Positions 12,994 through 25,799 of a stretch of DNA of 64,000 nucleotides are shown here, piece by piece. The notes beneath the pieces were generated by a model, which was not told where the DNA came from, did no database searches, and saw only the letters and a program-made list of their open reading frames with translations. Each line of letters opens with the position of its first letter. The first letter of the stretch is position 1. The stretch is from Eledone cirrhosa. Taxonomy: Eukaryota. The stretch covers positions 1 through 64,000 of the forward strand of contig CAXHJY010001254.1 of NCBI GenBank assembly GCA_964016885.1, given 5' to 3'. Both the position numbers and the translations under genes were made by a program.

Positions 12994-13808
12994 TCTCTAT
13001 ATATAAAACTGTGGTTGTCTGTCTGTCTATCGATTTTTGGCACACATCTCCTCTTAGAATCTTTGACGGAATTGCACCGAAATTGCTATACTTGTACATT
13101 GAGCCCTAGCGAATACATCGGAAAAAAAAAATTTCAAATTGACCCACCCTATGTGACGAAATCGAATATAATGTATCGATTTTTGAGCGTAAGTTATCAG
13201 TTATTTCCCTTTGTTCTGTTTACATTGAGCGTCTTACGTAAAAAATTACGCTGGCTTTTTCAGCGTTTAAAATGACATTAACACAATACACGAACAGTTG
13301 TCGAGCCAGCAAAATATTGACCTGCAAAATTCATCAGTTCGAACACTAAGCTTCCGTTTTGCTTCATTTCCATTTAAAAGCATTTTAAAACAATATTTTT
13401 ACTTGAAAACAAGTCTATTTAAAGACTACGTAAAACAAGCAAATATTTCAGGCGTGCAGACAGACAGTCGTGCAGAGAGGTGATATAGGCGTGCAGACAG
13501 ACATAACTGATAATTTGGTTACGCTAATGTTTTTCTCTGCGTTGCAGTGTTTACATTTTCGATCTTTGTTAATAAATAACCAGTGCAGTTTTTATCCCCA
13601 GCATCCTCTTTTGTTATAACATTCGGGTTATCGTTATGTTTTCTTAACTTCATAAGGCATATTGTTGGTTGAGGGAATATTAATCAAAAACACCACATGC
13701 AAGTCTGCATAGTAGACATTACAGTTTTTAAGCCAAAAAAGAAACTTAACATTGTAACTTTAACACAGCTACTGAGCGACCCCGAGCAACGCCGGGCTTT
13801 ACTGCTAG
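12994..13808 (+). mobile_element. Non-autonomous Helitron
   Basis: 5' TC terminus, (gtct)n near the 5' end, subterminal hairpin cccg-agcaacgc-cggg, and 3' CTAG. Inserted between A and T in a TA tract. Confidence 0.8.
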
Positions 13809-13909
13809 TATATATATATAATATATATATAATATATATAATATATATATATATAATATATATATATAATATATATATTATATATATATATATAATATAT
13901 ATATTATAT

Positions 13910-13970
<61 letters not shown>

Positions 13971-14137
13971 TATATATATAATATATATATATAATATATA
14001 TATAATATATATATAAAATAATATATATATAATATAATATATATATAATATATATATAATATATATATATATATAATATATATATATAAAATATATATAT
14101 ATATATAATATATATATATATAATATATATATATATG

Positions 14138-14245
<108 letters not shown>

Positions 14246-14588
14246 GTAATAATAATAAATTTGAAGACTAAAATCCAAAGAGGGCTCGATAAGAATAAAT
14301 ATATATCAAATATATAAGAACCGTAGAGCAAATATTTATTAAAATAACAGATTAAAGTTTAAGCAAAGAATCGCTGCTTTCACCCTACGACCTCTTTTAT
14401 ACCATAAACGTGGTTCTGTCTTTGCGCGTAATTGTTTTTCACCGCTCCTATTAATGACGTATTATATTCGTTTTTTCCCGTTCTTTGCCAGCGAAGGTTT
14501 CCACGAACCAAAGTATCGTCTTCCTGTCTTCCTCCGGTTGCAAAGTTTTTTGAAATATCCACTTCTGCCTTTACAGATTGACTTTGTT

Positions 14589-14639
14589 AGTTTCAGAAGA
14601 TCCCGTTAAGGGTGAAAGCAGCGATTCTTTGCTTAAACT
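14589..14639 (+). ncRNA. Hammerhead-like ribozyme with a CAGAAGA core in the Naiad-A pLTR (also 17842-17892, 18334-18383, 21517-21567 minus, 22778-22828, 53614-53664)
   Basis: agttt-CAGAAGA-tccc-gttaa-gggt-GAAAGCA..TGCT-T-aaact, with a distal stem I acagatt/aatctgt. Confidence 0.65.
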
Positions 14640-14793
14640 TTAATCTGTTATTTTAATAAATATTTGCTCTACGGTTCTTATATATTTGATATATATTTAT
14701 CCTTATCGAGCCCTCTTTTGATTTTACTCTTGAAATTTATTATTATTACTATTTGGCTCCCTCGGTTGAGCACTCTACTGACTTATATTCATC

Positions 14794-16906
14794 ATGCAGA
14801 AACAACATCTTAATATTTCTAGAAAGAACATACCCGTACCAAGCAGGAAAACATACCTAAAACTCCTGATACAGAAAACAGGCGCGTTCATTAAAAGGTT
14901 GCGTTGGCGTGCCTTTTATTTCGATAATCCGCGAAAAGCAGACAACAAACAGGATAAATTTGGATTTAAAACCTATACTAAACCCCGTGTAACCCAGCAT
15001 TGCTACCCTTCGAAAATGATGTCTTGGAACTCATTCGGAGTATCAAATTACGGAATAGGAGCAATTCCTTCCAGCAAGACCTGAAGAATATAATTCGTTG
15101 TATTAAGGATTCTAATGCCGTGCACGTCCATTCCGACAAAACTGGCAACCTATATCAAGTGGAGTGCAGTACTTACCATCAACTACTACATAATGCTGTA
15201 ACTAAGGATTATCGTAAAACTAATCGGTGCGTCATCAATGAAATCAACGGTTCTGGGTTTAAAATGACATCTGATCTCAACATCCTGGACCGGACCGAAC
15301 CTCTGGACCCTATTTCTCCCCACTTTACCCTGAAGGATCACAAATCCAATTTTCCGAACAACCCCTCTATTCGGCTTATTAACCCTACGAAGTCCGATTT
15401 AGGTAGACTTAGTAAAACGATTCTTGATAGAATTATAGCTGAAATTAGAAGTTTGGCCCCTCTTGCACTGTGGAACAACTCTTTCGCGGTGATTGATTGG
15501 TTCAACGGCATATGTAACAAGGAACATTGCCGTTTTATCCAATTCGACATCAACAATTACTACTCCTCCATCACTTTACCACTTTTCCTTAGAGCTATCA
15601 ATTTCGCTAAAACACTCACAGTGGTTAAGGATTTCGAAGTTGATGTCATCCTCAATGCCCGAAAGTCGGTGATTAATTTCGACGACTCTATTTGGATTAA
15701 AAAATCCAATAGTACCGCATTCGACGTGAGTATGGGCGCCAGTGATTCTGCGGAGGTTACTGATCTTATCGGCCTTTTCTTTCTTTTCTCTATCAAGGAC
15801 GAATTCCCCAACGCGGACGGTGGTTTGTACCGTGACGATGGTCTTTTGACCATGACTAAGTGCGGACCTCGTGCTTGCGACAGGTTCAGAAAAGAACTCA
15901 CAGCCTTCTTTAAAGACTTCAACCTCTCTATACAGGTTGAGGCCAACCTCTCGGTCGTTAATTACCTCGACGTTACCCTCAATTTATTGAATGGGTTGTA
16001 TTACCCGTATAGAAAGCCGAATGATACGCTTAATTACATAAGTAAGCATTCCAATCATCCTGCCAGCATAACCAAGAACCTGGTAAGAAACGTTTCGTTG
16101 AGGCTTTCCCGTCTTTCCACCAACGAGCGTTCCACTTATTACAATGAAGCTCTTGCTCGAAGTGGATTTGTCGATAAGGTAGCATATACAGAGTACGAAA
16201 ATAGACCTAGAAGAAATAGATCCCGTCGCATTTGTTGGTATAACCCACCATATAATATGGAGGTGGCCACACCATTAGCTAAGATCTTTCTTTCCCTTAT
16301 TACGAAGCATTTTCCCCTACACATAAATATAGTAAAATTTTTAATAGAAATACTATTAAAATTTCTTACTCTACGACTCCTAACCTTGCACATAACGCCA
16401 CAGCTTCAAATTTAGCTAAACTACCTAGCCGTAGGAACGCGTGCAACCCTGTAGTTAGTACTAACTGTAATTGTAGGAATCGGGTTGATTGCCCCCTATC
16501 CGGGAAATGCCTCTCTAGCAACATTGTCTACAAATGTAAGGTTGTAACACCCACGTCCCGTAGAGCCTACATAGGGTTAACCGCCAATAGATTCAAGCAG
16601 CGTCTTTAATTGCATACCCATTCTTTTCGTTACCCTCTAAGAAGGAATATAGCGTCGCTTTCAGCTTATATCTGGAGTCTAAAAGACAACCACACCCAAT
16701 ATAAGTTACACTGGGAGATCCTAGCTAGGGCTAGATCGTATAACGGAAATAAAAGACCATGTGACCTCTGCGCCGCTGAGGCTCTGGAAATACTCTACGC
16801 CACAGACCACATCTTAAACAAAAAATCTGAGGCAATTTCGGCTTGTAAACATAAATTGCACAAAACTTTCCTGTATTACAGCCCCACGTTATACCCTAAC
16901 GGATAG
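14794..16906 (+). pseudogene. PLE reverse transcriptase + GIY-YIG endonuclease (frameshifts near 14990 and 16320, TAA near 16608)
   Basis: LKDHK..IRLINP, FIQFDINNYY, FDVSMGA, GLYRDDGL, NYLDVTL, CNCRNRVDCPLSGKCL..IVYKC..AYIGLT..CDLCAAE..CKH. Confidence 0.92.
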
Positions 16907-17999
16907 TGCTATCTATACGTGGATATTTTACGTCTTGATGTGGGAGCTAAGTATGTTTTGTTTATACCATTACTTATTTGCATAGGTAAGTATATATTAG
17001 CCGTATGTTTTGTGAAGGTACGTATACCTTCTCGTACGTATATTTGATTGTTTATGTTATGGCGTATATTTTTATATATTCTGGTACATATGGTTTGGCT
17101 ATGTGTATACGGGAGTTTTGCTTCTGTGTGAGTATGCAGTGTGTACGTATGTAGGGTGTGTGTATGTGTGTACTTCATGTTTTGGTTGACTTACGTATCC
17201 GAACATTCGTGTATTTACATGTAGGTATGTGTGTGCTTTTGTTATATACGTATTTATTTATTTATATACGTTTATATAATTATTTAGTTATTTGTATACA
17301 CGCATACACACACACACATATTTATATGTGCATAGTTTGGTTTACCTATGGTAAGTGTTTTGCGTATGCTTGTGTATGTACGTATTTGTTTGCGTGTATG
17401 TATTTATTTATTTCTATTACTTCTGTATTGTATTTATTTACTTTGTTCTTAACTATGTAGCGGAGATTCATTCGGTCCCCTAGTTAGAATTTTAGTCTAC
17501 GACTTCTGCTATACCATTTACGAGGTTTTGTCTTTGCGTGCTATTGTTCTCCACGATCCATATATGACGTATTATCTTCGTTTTTTTTCGTTCATTGCCA
17601 GAGAACGTCTCTATGAACCACCTAAGAGACAATTAGTCTACGACCTCTTTTATACCATAAACGTGGTTCTGTCTTTGCGCGTAATTGTTTTTCACCGCTC
17701 CTATTAATGACGTATTATATTCGTTTTTTCCCGTTCTTAGCCAGCGAACGTTACCACGAACCAAAGTATCGTCTTCCTGTCTTCCTCCGGTTGCAACGTT
17801 TTTTGAAATATCCACTTCTGCGTTTACAGATTGACTTTGTTAGTTTCAGAAGATCCCGTTAAGGGTGAAAGCAGCGATTCTTTGCTTAAACTTTAATCTG
17901 TTATTTTAATAAATATTTGCTCTACGGTTCTTATATATTTGATATATATTTATCCTTATCGAGCCCTCTTTGGATTTTAGTCTTCAAATTTATTATTAT

Positions 18000-18073
<74 letters not shown>

Positions 18074-18193
18074 CATATATATATTATATATATATATATT
18101 ATATATATATATATTATATATATATATATATTATATATATATATATTATATATATATTATATATATATTATATATATATTATATTATATTATA

Positions 18194-18408
18194 TCGGTCG
18201 TTAATTACCTCGACGTTACCCTCAATTTATTGAATGGGTTGTATTACCCGTATAGAAAGCCGAATGATACGCTTAATTACATAAGTAAGTATTCCGACCA
18301 TCCTGCCAGCATAACCAAGAACCTGGTAAGAAACGTTTCAGAAGATCCCGTTAAGGGTGAAAGCAGCGATTCTTTGCTTAAACTTTAATCTCTTATTTTA
18401 ATAAATAT
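18194..18408 (+). mobile_element. Internally deleted Naiad-A fragment (RT piece fused to pLTR end)
   Basis: 18194-18339 matches 15951-16096 and is joined through shared gtttc to the pLTR HHR. Confidence 0.85.
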
Positions 18409-18489
<81 letters not shown>

Positions 18490-18532
18490 AAATATATATA
18501 TATAACATATATAATATATATATATAATATAA

Positions 18533-20108
18533 TAGGAACGAGTAGGACCCCGACGGCTGAGCTCAAGCCGTTTCGACGGCTAATTCTGGACTAAATGAAA
18601 ATTTTTATCCTGGTATATGAATAGCCGAGCTTCTCAGGAGGTAATTCCATAAATGGTAAAAGTGATTGTCACAAGGATTGGTCAAACGTTTGTTGTTGAG
18701 ACACATAATTCTATCATCGCAATTTGTGGAAGGAAGGGGTAGCTGAACCTGCCAGTAGAAGAAAGAGGGAGAGGGAGTGGAGGAAACCCAGTCGTGCGTT
18801 GATAGTGCCAACTACAGCAGGGCAGGAGGTCAAGCAAGTATACTAGGGAGTGAGAAGGGTAGGAAGTCGAGACAATAAGTAAATCAATATGGAGTAAATA
18901 TATAGAAGAATACCAATAATGTTAAAAATATAAAAAAACAATTTCTGGTTACCATTCCCTAACGACAGTCATCAAGTCTCTCACTGGTCTGCTAAACTAT
19001 AGAAAAGTTTACTAGGTGGGACGGAATTGTAATGAGACCATTTTAAGAGTTAGTAGTAATCAACCGAGTATATCTTACGGTGACAGGTCAACAAGTAGGG
19101 GGCCAAACAACTAAAGAAACTACCACGAAATAATAATTCCGAGTCCCGAAACTAATACGAAATAATTGTTTCTACCCTAGGCACAAGACCAGCAACCACC
19201 CAGTGCAAAAAATAAACTAATACGAAATAATAATTCAGAATCCCGAAAATGAATACTAATACTATCTCCAAGGGTGCCGCTACGATACAAAAATTCTAGT
19301 GCAAACTACATAAATGCTCGTACGAAGTATATGAAAAATTTGATACAGAAAATTAATTCAGAATCCCCCACCCCCACCCTCACCCCCAAAAATAAATACT
19401 GATATACGAGAAATTAAAGCAGAGATACCACTAAGAAATGTAGAAAGCACGGAAATGGGGCAGCCATCGAATAAGAAAGCAAGTATCTGGGGTCTATCAC
19501 ATCTGCTATAAAAAGCGGAGTCAGCCAATTCTATCATAGAATAGGTGGGGGTACTGAGGCTACAAAGGACTGAGGGGCTGCCCCGGGTGGGCGAGAAAGT
19601 GAAAAGGACGACGACAAAGAAGGAGGACTGGGGTGGAAGGACTAGGAAGGGATGGGGGGAAGAAGGAAATATAGAGGAAACGATAAAAAGATATAAAAGA
19701 AGATCTTACGTCTACCTTTGCAAGCAGGGGTTACCCATTACAAAGTCGGCAAGTGGGGTGTTACAGCCCTTGTCTACTCCCACGGGTCATTATGGGGTTT
19801 GATGGCGAGGTAAGTCCTACGCAATCTGTGTTTGCATGCAGTTACCAGTTCATCTTTCTTGTTTAGGAGTTGGTCCGTCGAAAACAGCATTCGTAAAGTT
19901 TCCTCTGAGCATAAATTGCACGGACGGCGTCTTCCCTTGTAAGAGTTGGCTCTGGACAGTAAGCTCCGAGTGAGATCATGGGTAATATTGGTATCTTTAA
20001 GGTCCCAGATGTGGCCAGAAAGTGTGGTGGCGTGACGCCGGGCCGGGTTTCGGAAAGTATGTCTGTGTGGTATAGACGGGTCTTGAAGTCACATGACAAC
20101 ACAGACAT
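18533..20108 (-). mobile_element. Naiad-type PLE family B 3' fragment (GIY-YIG end 19790-20108, 3'UTR, pLTR with HHR 18547-18642)
   Basis: 19720-20095 is highly similar to 50985-51365. The pLTR is shared with 25212-25610 and 54250-55201. Confidence 0.85.
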
Positions 20109-20126
20109 ACTTATATATATTATAAA

Positions 20127-20313
20127 GGCAGTGGATTGGCAGTATCGTTAGAGGGTCGGACGCCATGCTTTGACGCATAGAGTTACGGCCCTTGCCATTC
20201 TGAGTTCAAATCCCGCCGAGGTTAACTTTGCCTTTCATCCTTACGGGGTCGATAAAATGAAGTACCAGTAATACACTGGGTAATTGCTGGCCTTGTGCCT
20301 AACGTAGAAACAA
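20127..20313 (+). mobile_element. tRNA-derived SINE (family 1)
   Basis: B box gagttcaaatccc. Same body as 5527-5704. Confidence 0.85.
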
Positions 20314-20314
20314 T

Positions 20315-21450
20315 TATATATATATATATTATATGTATATATTATATATATATATTATATATATATATTATATATATATATATTATATATATATATTATA
20401 TATATATATTATATATATATATTATATTATATATATATATATTATATATATTATATTATATATATATATATTTTATATATTATATATATATATATTATAT
20501 GTATATATTATATATATATATTATATATATATATATTATATATATATATTATATATATATATATTATATATATATATTATATATATATATTATATTATAT
20601 ATATATATATTATATATATTATATTATATATATATATATTTTATATATTATATATATATATATTATATATATATAGATTATATATATATATATTATATAT
20701 ATATAATATATATATATATATAATATATATTTATATATTTATATAATATATATATATTATATATATATATTATATATATATATTATATATATATTATATA
20801 TATATATAATATATATATATATAATATATATAATATATATATATAATATATATAATATATATATATAATATATATAATATATATATATAATATATATAAT
20901 ATATATAATATATATATAATATATATAATATATATATATATAATATATATATATATACATAAATATAATATATATAATATATATATATATAATATAATAT
21001 ATATAATATATATATATATATAATATATATATAATATATATAATATATATATATATAATATATATATATAAAATATATAAATATATATATATAATATATA
21101 TATATATATAATATGTATATATATAATATATATATATAATATATATATAATATATATATATAATATATATAATATATATATGTAATATATATATATATAT
21201 ATTATAAATATATATATAATATATATATAACATATATATATAATATATATATAATATATATATATAATATATATATAATATATATATGTAATATATATAT
21301 ATATTATAAATATATATATATAGTATATATATAATATATATATATAATATATATATATATATAATATATATATATATAATATATATATAATATATATATA
21401 ATATATATATAATATATATATAATATATATATAATATATATATATAATAT

Positions 21451-21481
<31 letters not shown>

Positions 21482-21495
21482 TACATATATATATA
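20315..21495. repeat. Long degenerate (TA)n tract
   Basis: Direct inspection. Confidence 0.95.
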
Positions 21496-22850
21496 TTTAT
21501 TAAAATAACAGATTAAAGTTTAAGCAAAGAATCGCTGCTTTCACCCTTAACGGGATCTTCTGAAACTAACAAAGTCAATCTGTAAACGCAGAACTGGATA
21601 TTTCAAAAAACGTTGCAACCGGAGGAAGACAGGGAGACGATACTTTAGTTCGTGGAAACCTTCGCTGGCAAAGAACGGGAAAAAACGAATAATACGTCAT
21701 TAATAGGAGCGGTGAAAAACAATTACGCGCAATATATATATATATATAATATATAATGTTTTGTTTATTCCTTTACTTATTTGCATAGGTAAGTATATAT
21801 TACCCGTATGTTTTGTGAAGGTATGTATACTTTCTCGTACGTATATTTGACTGTTATGGCGTATAATTTTTACATAGTCTGGTATTTAGGGTTTGGCTAT
21901 GTGTATACGGGAGTTTTGCGTCTGCGTGAGTATGCAGGTTCGTACGTATGGTGGGTGTGTGTATATGTGTACTTCTTGTTTTAGTTGACTTACGTCTCCG
22001 AACATTCGTGTATTTATATGTAGGTATGCGTGTGCGCTTGTTATATACGTATTTATTTACTTATATACGTTGATATAATTATTTATTTATTTATTTGTAC
22101 ACAAGCATACACATACACACACATATTTATATGTGCGTGGTTTTGTATACCTATGGTAAGGTTTTGCGTATGCTTGTGTATGTACGTATCTGTTTGCATG
22201 TATGTATTTATTTGTTTCTATTACTTCTGTATTGTATTTATTTACTTTGTTCTTAACTCTGTAGCGGAGATTAATTTTAGTCTACGACTTCTGCTATACC
22301 ATTTACGTGGTTTTGTCTTTGCGTGCTATTGTTCTCCACGCTCCACATATGACTTATTATCTTCGTTTTTTCGTTCATTGCCAGAGAACGTCTCTATGCA
22401 CCACCTAAGAGAACATTAGTCTACGACCTCTTTTATACCATAAACGAGGTTCTGTCTTTGCGCGTAATTGTTTTTCACCGCTCCTATTAATGACGTATTA
22501 TATTCGTTTTTTCCCGTTCTTTGCCAGCGAACGTTACCACGAACCTAAGTATCGTCTTCCTGTCTTCCTCCGGTTGCAACGTTTTTTGAAATATCCAGTT
22601 CTGCGTTTACAGAAGTGGATATTTCAAAAAACGTTGCAACCGGAGGAACACAGGAAGACGATACTTTGGTTCGTGGAAACGTTCCCTGGCAAAGAACGGG
22701 AAAAAACGAATATAATACGTCATTAATAGGAGTGTTTTTTTAAATATCTACTTCTGCGTTTACAGATTGACTTTGTTAGTTTCAGAAGATCCCGTTAAGG
22801 GTGAAAGCAGCGATTCTTTGCTTAAACTTTAATCTGTTATATTAATAAAT
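21496..22850. mobile_element. Naiad-A 3'UTR/pLTR two-armed insertion (minus arm 21496-21732; plus arm 21757-22850 with an internal inversion at about 22613-22731)
   Basis: Matches 16955-17915 and its reverse complement. Confidence 0.85.
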
Positions 22851-22914
22851 ATATATATATATATATATAAATATATATATATATAAATATAAATATATAT
22901 AAATATAAATATAT

Positions 22915-22945
<31 letters not shown>

Positions 22946-22987
22946 AATATAAATATATATAAATATAATATATATATATATATAAAT

Positions 22988-23046
<59 letters not shown>

Positions 23047-23049
23047 AAT

Positions 23050-23080
<31 letters not shown>

Positions 23081-23106
23081 AATATAAATATATATAAATA
23101 TAATAT

Positions 23107-23139
<33 letters not shown>

Positions 23140-23189
23140 AATATATATATATATAAATATATATATATAAATATATATAAATATAATAT

Positions 23190-23385
<196 letters not shown>

Positions 23386-23395
23386 TTAAATATAT

Positions 23396-23915
23396 ATACA
23401 AATTAATATAAAATAAATTTTAGTCCCATATAAACGGCTGTTATTTCTAGCGGCACGAGTAAAGGACTGGCTAAGCACTGGGACACCATGTGCGTTCTCT
23501 CAGTCCTCCTAAGTATTTTGAAGTGAAACATACCAATTTCTGGGTACCTGCAGATGAGCACAGAAATGGAATTTTCACTTATTGTTGCGAAACGGATTTG
23601 AGTTATGAAATTCAAATTTGTCCAGGTACCACGGCTATTGCCAATATGGGTTTGTTTTTATTGATTTATTGTTTTAAATCGAGACAGGCAAACTGTATTA
23701 ATTTAATTAGTATTTTTCAATCTAGCTAACTTGGTCATTTACAATACAAACACTTATATAATTGTATTAGTGTTTATCATATATTAATTTATATTAATTT
23801 GTATTTCACGGCTCAGAAATATCTCTTTCTTTGAGCTATTTAATTGTAAAAGACTGTTTGAGTTATAACTCTATATATAGTAAATATATATATATATATA
23901 TATAAATATATATAA

Positions 23916-23948
<33 letters not shown>

Positions 23949-23998
23949 AATATATATATATACATATATAAATATATATAAATATATATATATATATA

Positions 23999-24056
<58 letters not shown>

Positions 24057-24208
24057 AATATATATATATATAAATATATATAAATATATATATATATAAA
24101 TATAAATATATATAAATATAATATATATATATATATATAAATATATATATATAAATATATATATATAAATATATATAAATATAATATATATATATATATA
24201 TATATATA

Positions 24209-24264
<56 letters not shown>

Positions 24265-24636
24265 AATATATATACAAATTAATATAAAATAAATTTTAGT
24301 CCCATATAAACGGCTGTTATTTCTAGCGGCACGAGTAAAGGACTGGCTAGGCACTGGGACACCATGTGCGTTCTCTCAGTCCTCCTAAGTATTTTGAAGT
24401 GAAACATACCAATTTCTGGGTACCTGCAGATGAGCACAGAAATGGAATTTTCACTTATTGTTGCGAAACGGATTTGAGTTATGAAATTCAAATTTGTCCA
24501 GGTACCACGGCTATTGCCAATATGGGTTTGTTTTTATTGATTTATTGTTTTAAATCAAGACAGGCAAACTGTATTAATTTAATTAGTATTTTTCAATCTA
24601 GCTAACTTGGTCATTTACAATACAAACACTTATATA
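23396..24636 (+). mobile_element. Two tandem copies (period 876) of a non-coding HHR element separated by TA/TAAA satellite
   Basis: 23396-23760 is nearly identical to 24272-24636. Confidence 0.85.
23543..23630 (+). ncRNA. Hammerhead-like ribozyme with a CAGATGA core and long stem III (copy 24419-24506)
   Basis: ggtacctg-CAGATGA-gca..tgc-GAAAC-ggatttga..tcaaattt-GTC-caggtacc. Perfect 8-bp stem I. Confidence 0.75.
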
Positions 24637-24654
24637 ACACACACACACACACGC

Positions 24655-24701
<47 letters not shown>

Positions 24702-24704
<3 letters not shown>

Positions 24705-25174
24705 TTGTTGTGAAAGAGTCATTTCTCAATCTTGGCGCAAAACCAAATTTTTATTCACATGACCTCTACCGACCAATCAAAATTGTTTTGACCACAAGAA
24801 TTGTTGCTGGAGCCACTTTTTTAACATAAAAACAGTCTTGGCGCAAAATCAATTTTTTACACTCACATGACCTCTACCGCCAATCAAAATTGTTTTGACC
24901 ACAAGAATTTTTGCAACACCAAAGTAACGCTGGAGCCACTTTTTTAACATAAAAACAGGTAGAATTCCCAAAACTAATCAGATCAGAGCAAACAGCACGG
25001 ACACTCTACCTCAAAATTATTTTTGAAAAGCATTTAGAAATGCGCAACCGGTAAAAACTTAAAAACTTAAAACCACAACTGAATACTAACCCATACAATC
25101 ACTAATACTCTTTTATTCCTAATTAAACCATTTTTCAACTGTGAACAATTTGTCAGCATTTTCTATTCCGTTTA

Positions 25175-25180
<6 letters not shown>
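24702..25180 (+). mobile_element. PLE-like terminal fragment with an internal duplication of about 108 bp and a degenerate U3-A8 HHR (25019-25057)
   Basis: tttt-TTGAAAA-gcattt-ag-aaatgc-GCAAC-cg-GTA-aaaa. tcttggcgcaaaa is repeated at about 24728 and 24836. Confidence 0.55.
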
Positions 25181-25740
<560 letters not shown>

Positions 25741-25799
25741 AATATATATATATAACTTTGAAATGTTTTGGCCAGTATTGGCCCAGGCCATGTCTAACT

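Larger units (their letters stand above)
14246..18003 (+). mobile_element. Near-full-length Naiad-type PLE (family A): inverted pLTR end + 5' pLTR + ORF + 3'UTR/pLTR, in (TA)n
   Basis: 14384-14752 is a direct repeat of about 17637-18003. 14246-14384 is inverted. The RT+GIY-YIG ORF lies between the repeats. Confidence 0.9.

Noticed and set aside
14794-16906. Selenocysteine recoding, reported for some Naiad PLEs
   Set aside because: The conserved Cys positions I read use TGT/TGC, and the in-frame stops seen are TAA or frameshift-derived, not TGA at Cys.
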